Source: Dehalococcoidia bacterium
Lineage (GTDB): Bacteria; Chloroflexota; Dehalococcoidia; Bin125
Direction of reading: 5' to 3'
Length of the DNA stretch: 12,330 nt
Assembly (NCBI GenBank): GCA_963555985.3
Contig: CAUVXV020000007.1
Location: 1 to 12,330 of the forward strand
Shown: one piece after another, positions 7,907 through 12,330 of the stretch
How the letters are laid out: every line of letters starts with the position of its first letter
Position numbering within the stretch: the first letter of the stretch is position 1
Notes under the pieces: model-generated
What the model was told of the DNA's origin: nothing
Seen by the model: only the letters and a program-made list of their open reading frames with translations
Databases searched by the model: none
Program-made: the position numbers and the translations under genes

Positions 7907-8875
7907 ATGAAGTTTGGGATTCCGATTGGCAACTTCGGCACCTACGGCAAGTACGGCGACATCAGCGACGTGGTTGATACCGCCGAGCGCGCAGAGCTGC
8001 TCGGCTTCGACTCGGTTTGGGTACATGATCACGTCTTCATGCCCGCCCGGATCGGCTCGCGCTATCCCTACAACGAGAGCGGCGTCGCCGGCTTCGCCTA
8101 CCACCAGGACATCTTCGACCCGATTGCGACGATGGCTGCCGTCGCGGTGCGCACCAGCCAGGTGCAGATCGGTACCAGCGTCCTGATCATCCCTTACCGC
8201 GACCCGCTCGTGCAGGCGCAGATGATCGCCACGCTCGATCGGCTCTCGCACGGACGGATCGTGCTGGGCATCGGCGTGGGCTGGATGGAGGAGGAGTTCG
8301 AGGCGCTGGGCCTAGGCGGAGAGCCGTTCACCCGCCGGGGCGCGGTGACGGATGAGTGGATGCGGATCGCCCAGGCAGCCTGGACCGGCGACGGCCCGAT
8401 CTCCTACGAAGGGGAGTTCCGCAGCTTCGGCGAAATGGGCGGTCTGGTGCAGTGCGTGCAGCAGCCTCACGTCCCAATCTGGATCGGCGGCAAGGGGCCG
8501 ATTGCCGCCCGCCGAGTCGCGCGCTACGGCGACGGTTACCACACGATCACGTCAACGCCCGATGAGGTCGCAGCCGAGATCGCGCTGGTCAACGAAGAGC
8601 TCGAACGGGCCGGTCGGGACCCCGCAGAGGTCGAAGTCTCGATGCTGGGTCCGATGGTGTTGCTCAGCGGCGATCCGTCAAGCGTGAGCGCGTTTCCGGC
8701 GGTCGCCGGCGGTTCCCGAGACCAGATCGTGGACACACTGGGGGCATATTCGGATGCGGGTCTGGATCATGCGCTGACGATGCCCGCGTACGATGTTCCG
8801 GCCTGGGATATTCATCCGGAGCGTCAGATGGAGGCGATGGCGGAGTTGTCGGAGATCGTGGACGAGTTGCGCTAG
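7907..8875 (+). CDS. LLM-class oxidoreductase, probably F420-dependent (Rv2161c-like); paralog of the upstream gene
   Basis: AELLGFDSVWVHDHVFMP, SRYPYNE, IGTSVLIIPYRDP, LDRLSHGRIVLGIGVGWMEEEFEALG, PHVPIWIGG. SD AGGAG at 7896-7900. Confidence 0.92.
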   Translation: MKFGIPIGNFGTYGKYGDISDVVDTAERAELLGFDSVWVHDHVFMPARIGSRYPYNESGVAGFAYHQDIFDPIATMAAVAVRTSQVQIGTSVLIIPYRDPLVQAQMIATLDRLSHGRIVLGIGVGWMEEEFEALGLGGEPFTRRGAVTDEWMRIAQAAWTGDGPISYEGEFRSFGEMGGLVQCVQQPHVPIWIGGKGPIAARRVARYGDGYHTITSTPDEVAAEIALVNEELERAGRDPAEVEVSMLGPMVLLSGDPSSVSAFPAVAGGSRDQIVDTLGAYSDAGLDHALTMPAYDVPAWDIHPERQMEAMAELSEIVDELR

Positions 8876-8879
8876 AACG

Positions 8880-9155
8880 TCAGCGCCCGCCGAGATCCTG
8901 GTAGACACGATCGCGAAGATCGATGTCTGCCACGATGATCCGGCGGGCGGCGTCATCCACCTGAAATATGACGCGGTAATCCCCCACGCGAAATGCCCAC
9001 AACGCGCGTTTGCCACGCAGTCTCTTGACCCAATGCGGACGCGGTTCGTCACGCAACTGATCCAGGCGATCGCGAATTCGACGCTCAATGTGCCCCGAAA
9101 GTCGTCTGAGCCGACGGTCGAGATTCCTTGGTAGGACGAGTTCGTAAGCGGCCAT
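8880..9155 (-). CDS. relE: Type II toxin, RelE/ParE superfamily
   Basis: 91 aa, very basic. Contains LRDEPRP, KRLRG, FRVGDYRVIFQVDD and C-terminal RDRVY, typical of RelE/StbE toxins. Confidence 0.88.
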   Translation of the reverse strand: MAAYELVLPRNLDRRLRRLSGHIERRIRDRLDQLRDEPRPHWVKRLRGKRALWAFRVGDYRVIFQVDDAARRIIVADIDLRDRVYQDLGGR

Positions 9156-9174
9156 CGTTCGGGCAGTTGGAAGA

Positions 9175-9378
9175 TCAGCGGTCGCTCGCGGGCCCGTACG
9201 GGATCAACTCTTCCTCACCTCGCTCGACCCGATCCAGGAGCCGCGCAGCGCGGGTAATCGCGATGGCTTCATCCCAATCGTCGTCGCTCCATTGATCGAT
9301 TGGAGGAAACTCGTCCAGCCTCAGTTCATCAAGATCGACAAGTTCGAGGCGAGGATCGGCGTGGATGGGATCAGGCAT
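9175..9378 (-). CDS. Putative antitoxin (small, acidic)
   Basis: 67 aa, Asp/Glu-rich, ending 19 bp before relE on the same strand. C-terminal RGEEELIPY resembles toxin-binding tails of RelE-associated antitoxins. Confidence 0.7.
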   Translation of the reverse strand: MPDPIHADPRLELVDLDELRLDEFPPIDQWSDDDWDEAIAITRAARLLDRVERGEEELIPYGPASDR

Positions 9379-9479
9379 CGGGGCTGTTCTCGCTGTTCGC
9401 TGGATCGGTTTTACGACCGTTGACTACGGCCATGGGTTCGAAGGTAGCCCGTGGCAGCCTTCTTGACGACTGAGAACGC

Positions 9480-10778
9480 CTACGGTGCCGCGGTCAGATC
9501 TGCGCCCGTCTTGGTGTCCACCTCGAAGGCTGACTTGAGGTCGAGCTCCTTGGCGATCTCGCGTGTGGCCGGGATCACTTCCTCGCCGAACAGGCGGAGG
9601 GAGCGCATTGAGTCTTCGTGCGTCATTGCGCCGTCGCCGTCCCAGAAGAAAATCTGGCCGGGGCGGAGGTATTCGAGCACGTGCCGGATCTTGGGGATCA
9701 CCGTCTTGGGCGTGCCCGTGATGATCGTCATCCGCGCCTTCTGGTCTTCGTAGGAGCCGAAGATGTCGGCCGCTTCGGGCTGCTCCTGCTCGCGGGCGGC
9801 GAGGGCTGCTTCGGCGGCGGCGGTGCGACCGCGCGAGGCGGCGGCGGCGAAGTTCTGGATCGTGGGCAGGACGTTGGTGCGCGAGGTCAGGCCGGGCAGG
9901 TTCTGGAGATTGGCGCGGACGACGCCCTGGTTGCCTTCGAGGAAGGGGTTGGAGGGGCCTTGCAGGTAGCGGCGGCCCGCTTCCTCGGCCAGTTCCTCGG
10001 TTTCGTCCACGTGGACTTTGAACAGGTAGCCGTGATGCTCGGAGCCGGCCTCATAGCCGTTCTCGCGCGCTACCTCGTCGTAGTAGTCGAACGACTGCTT
10101 GGTCGGCTCGAGGTCGGTGGCGAGCATGATGTAGGGGTAGCGGTGCTCGGCCGTCCACTTGACCGTATTGCGCGACATGATCCCCGGGATCCAGATCTGC
10201 GGGTGCGGATCCTGGATCGGGCGCGACCACGGATTCACGTAGCGGAAGTTGTAGTGCTCACCCTCCCAGCGGAAGGGGCCGGCGGTTGACCAGGCTTTGA
10301 CCACAAAGTCGTGCGCCTCCTGGAAGCGCTCCCAGTTGAAGGGCGCCTGCGCGTTGTGCGAGACCGACTCGCGCCCGCCGCCGCGCACCCAGCCGGTCAC
10401 CAGCCGCCCGCCCGAGATCATGTCGATCTGGGCCAGCGTCTCCGCCAGCCAGAGCGGATCCTCCCAGATCGGCAGGATGTTGCCCAGCAGCACGATCTTG
10501 GCCTTGCGCGTGATCCGCGCCAGGATCGCCGCCTCCACATTCATCACCGAACCCATACAGAAGGGCGTGGAGTGATGTTCGTTCAGCATCAGCGCGTCGA
10601 AGCCCATCTCCTCCGCATACAGTTTCTCGTCTAGATAGCGGTGGTAGAGGTCGGAACCAACGCGCGGGTCGTAGGCCGAGTTCGAGGCGTCGAGGTCGGT
10701 CAGGTCAAGTCCGGTCGCGCCGAAGAACCCAGTCTGCGGGTCCTGGTAGGGTCGCTCGGTGAAGTAGCCGATCATCAT
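9480..10778 (-). CDS. LLM-class flavin-dependent oxidoreductase (luciferase-like monooxygenase)
   Basis: YAEEMGFDALMLNEHH, LAETLAQIDMISGGRLVTGWVRG, RPIQDPHPQIWIPG, IITGTPKTV, SLRLFGEEVIP. SD AGGAG at 10786-10790. Confidence 0.93.
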   Translation of the reverse strand: MMIGYFTERPYQDPQTGFFGATGLDLTDLDASNSAYDPRVGSDLYHRYLDEKLYAEEMGFDALMLNEHHSTPFCMGSVMNVEAAILARITRKAKIVLLGNILPIWEDPLWLAETLAQIDMISGGRLVTGWVRGGGRESVSHNAQAPFNWERFQEAHDFVVKAWSTAGPFRWEGEHYNFRYVNPWSRPIQDPHPQIWIPGIMSRNTVKWTAEHRYPYIMLATDLEPTKQSFDYYDEVARENGYEAGSEHHGYLFKVHVDETEELAEEAGRRYLQGPSNPFLEGNQGVVRANLQNLPGLTSRTNVLPTIQNFAAAASRGRTAAAEAALAAREQEQPEAADIFGSYEDQKARMTIITGTPKTVIPKIRHVLEYLRPGQIFFWDGDGAMTHEDSMRSLRLFGEEVIPATREIAKELDLKSAFEVDTKTGADLTAAP

Positions 10779-11175
10779 GGCGGTGCTCCTGTTCGTTCAC
10801 GCGCAATATGCCAAATCGGGATCGGAATTGCCAGAGACAGAGAAACGCAGCCCCGCCAACAAATCCCCTTCCCTCTTGCAGAGACCGATGCAAACAGGCT
10901 CTGAGAGCGACCAGCGGAACCTGCATCCTCGTTCGCTTCCGAACGGACGGCACTCGGGAGAAGAAAAAAACTCTTGGGCGAGCCGAAAAAAGCGGCTCCA
11001 GGTGTTCAGGAAGAATTTTTTTCGACTGGCGCAGATCGCGGATCTCCTGTGTTGGCTGGGAGAAACGCTGTTCAGGGCGTTCAGCGTTGTTCAGATTCGC
11101 TTGGGCTGAACGGCGTTCAGGATGTTCAGGTTTGTTCAGCCTTGATTGGCTCCAGGGCTGCGGGAAGCTGAGCAT
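10705..11175 (-). CDS. Hypothetical ORF, possibly degenerate, sharing the SQPxQEI...KILPE module with the HTH gene at 1-720
   Basis: ATG at 11175 preceded by AAGGCGG, a putative LexA box and a -10. The first ~60 aa contain LNKPEHPE/LNNAERPE repeats and SQPTQEIRDLRQSKKILPE. The 3' half is doubtful: it crosses T-tracts and overlaps the LLM promoter and start. Confidence 0.4.
   Translation of the reverse strand: MLSFPQPWSQSRLNKPEHPERRSAQANLNNAERPEQRFSQPTQEIRDLRQSKKILPEHLEPLFSARPRVFFFSRVPSVRKRTRMQVPLVALRACLHRSLQEGRGFVGGAAFLCLWQFRSRFGILRVNEQEHRHDDRLLHRATLPGPADWVLRRDRT
10805..10833 (-). promoter_or_regulatory. Putative sigma70-type promoter for the LLM gene
   Basis: Minus strand TGGCAA-17 bp-CATATT with an extended -10 TGn. 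Confidence 0.4.
11004..11139. repeat. GTTCAG hexamer array
   Basis: GTTCAG at 11004, 11070, 11079, 11089, 11115, 11124 and 11134; inverted copy CTGAAC at 11106. The two triplets have identical 9/10-bp spacing and are offset by 45 bp. Confidence 0.88.
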
Positions 11176-11202
11176 GATTGAGCCGCCTTGCGAGCTGTTG
11201 GT

Positions 11203-11225
11203 GTACTGATGTTCGCATCAGGATA
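11203..11225 (-). promoter_or_regulatory. Putative LexA box just downstream of a -10 element
   Basis: Minus strand TATCCT (11220-11225), then gatgc, then GAAC-atca-GTAC (11203-11214), 27 bp before the ATG at 11175. Confidence 0.6.
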
Positions 11226-11323
11226 GACGGTTTGAGGCAGTGCGGGTTGTGACGTGGGTGACAGAGATGCGGGGATGTGGTTTGGGTTCACTGGCTGCGG
11301 AGGCCGTTGCGTAGATCAAGGAT

Positions 11324-11440
11324 CGTCATACCCGCGCTTGTCGCGGGTATCTCGCCGTTATCTGCACCGTCGTCGCGAACACGGCGAGATTGCCCCCTGT
11401 TCAGGCCAGGGGCAGGCTGCGGCGGAGCGCGGGAATGACG
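11324..11440. repeat. REP doublet (REPIN/MITE-like) with a nested ~24-bp hairpin insertion
   Basis: Terminal inverted repeats CGTCATACCCGCGCT / AGCGCGGGAATGACG (14/15 match). Inner inverted repeat ATCTCGCCGT (11349-11358) / ACGGCGAGAT (11381-11390). Left hairpin ATACCCGCG-cttgt-CGCGGGTAT; the right hairpin is interrupted at ~11395-11418. Confidence 0.78.
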
Positions 11441-11498
11441 GAGGCGGGGAGGGGCGCAGAGCAGCGCCTAGACTGCAACCCTGCACGGAGGCTGAACC

Positions 11499-12330
11499 AT
11501 GCCCAAACCTGTCGTGATCGAAGCCGCCATCAACGGCGGCACGCCCAAATCCCGCAACCCCAACTCCCCTCGTTCGGTCGAAGAGATCGCAGCCGACGCG
11601 GTGCGCGCCGTTGATGCGGGCGCGGCGATCGTGCATAACCACAACGACGACGAGGTGATCGGCGAGCGCTCGCGCTTGCGCGCCGGTTGGCACGATCCGC
11701 AGCCCTACATCGACGCCTGGAGCGCGGCGCTCGACCAACGACCGGACACGATCTTCTATCCCACCCAGGCCAGCGGCGGGCCGGGTACCGACATTCACGT
11801 GCGCCTCAGCCACCTCGCGGCGCTGGAGGCGGCGGGCGTGTTGGGCCAGGGTCTGATCGACCCGGGCTGCGTCGCCCTGGGCGGCGGCGATGCCGACGGC
11901 CTGCCGAATGACGTCGACGCGGTCTACATCAACACCTACCGCGACGCGCGTCAGATGTTTGCGCTGGCCAACCGCATGGGCCGGGGCGCGTCAATCTCGA
12001 TCTTCGAACCGGGCTTCCTCCGCGTCGTGCTCGCCTACGCGGCCAAGGGCCTGGTACCGAGCGGCTCCCTCGTCAAGCTCTACTTCGGCGGCACCGGCCG
12101 CGGCCCGCTGGGCTTCGGAATGCTGCCCAACGAACCCTGTCTCGACGCCTACCTCTCGATGCTCGAAGGCACCGGCCTCGAATGGTCGGTCGCGGTGCTC
12201 GGTGGAGATGTCGTCGGCAGCGGATTTGCCCGTCTCGCGCTGGAGAAGGGCGGGCATGTCCGCGTTGGGCTGGAAGATTTCTGGGACGGAGACCGAACAC
12301 CCTCGAACACCGAGCTGCTCGAGGAACTGG
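11499..12330 (+). CDS. BKACE / DUF849 beta-keto acid cleavage family enzyme (3' end outside window)
   Basis: Hand translation: MPKPVVIEAAINGGTPKSRNPNSPRSVEEIAADAVRAVDAGAAIVHNH...SIFEPG...GGHVRVGLED...TPSNTELLEEL. Has the HxH and RVGLED metal-binding motifs, SD GGAGG at 11487-11491 and candidate -10 TAGACT at 11469-11474. Absent from the ORF track because the stop is outside the window. Confidence 0.92.
   Translation, partial: MPKPVVIEAAINGGTPKSRNPNSPRSVEEIAADAVRAVDAGAAIVHNHNDDEVIGERSRLRAGWHDPQPYIDAWSAALDQRPDTIFYPTQASGGPGTDIHVRLSHLAALEAAGVLGQGLIDPGCVALGGGDADGLPNDVDAVYINTYRDARQMFALANRMGRGASISIFEPGFLRVVLAYAAKGLVPSGSLVKLYFGGTGRGPLGFGMLPNEPCLDAYLSMLEGTGLEWSVAVLGGDVVGSGFARLALEKGGHVRVGLEDFWDGDRTPSNTELLEEL

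Noticed and set aside
11106-11120. CTGAAC-ggc-GTTCAG as a canonical LexA box
   Set aside because: The spacer is 3 nt rather than 4, so it was kept only as part of the hexamer array.
11004-11139. Possible CRISPR array
   Set aside because: The repeats are 6 bp with 3-4-bp gaps; there is no repeat-spacer structure and no cas gene in the window.
11358-12300. ORF-track calls 11358..11813(-), 11991..12257(-), 12073..12300(-) and short plus-strand ORFs
   Set aside because: They are shadows of the BKACE frame starting at 11499.
1-12330. tRNA, rRNA, riboswitch, integrase or transposase genes
   Set aside because: None was recognisable by eye. A covariance-model scan of 10790-11490 would be needed to exclude a structured RNA.

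Overview
GC-rich bacterial window. The gene content (three luciferase-like monooxygenases, GAAC-N4-GTTC-type SOS boxes) suggests Chloroflexota/Dehalococcoidia, possibly SAR202-like; this is an inference. Left to right: (i) a minus-strand HTH protein gene running off the left edge, absent from the ORF track, with a 159-bp internal tandem duplication and a promoter carrying putative LexA boxes; (ii) a five-gene minus-strand MoxR/Bat operon (moxR, DUF58, membrane protein, BatA-like vWA, vWA-TPR fusion); (iii) two tandem, probably F420-dependent LLM oxidoreductases; (iv) a RelE-family toxin with a small acidic putative antitoxin; (v) a third LLM gene; (vi) a second ORF led by a putative LexA box and containing a GTTCAG repeat array; (vii) a BKACE/DUF849 gene running off the right edge, also absent from the ORF track. 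Several REP-like palindromes lie between genes. The most striking signal is that the loci at 1-800 and 10950-11260, about 10.8 kb apart, share promoter architecture and a three-block DNA module (GGAAGAATTTTTT..GATCTCCTGT..GGCTGGGAGA). This suggests a dispersed, SOS-inducible element family that I cannot assign to a known system.
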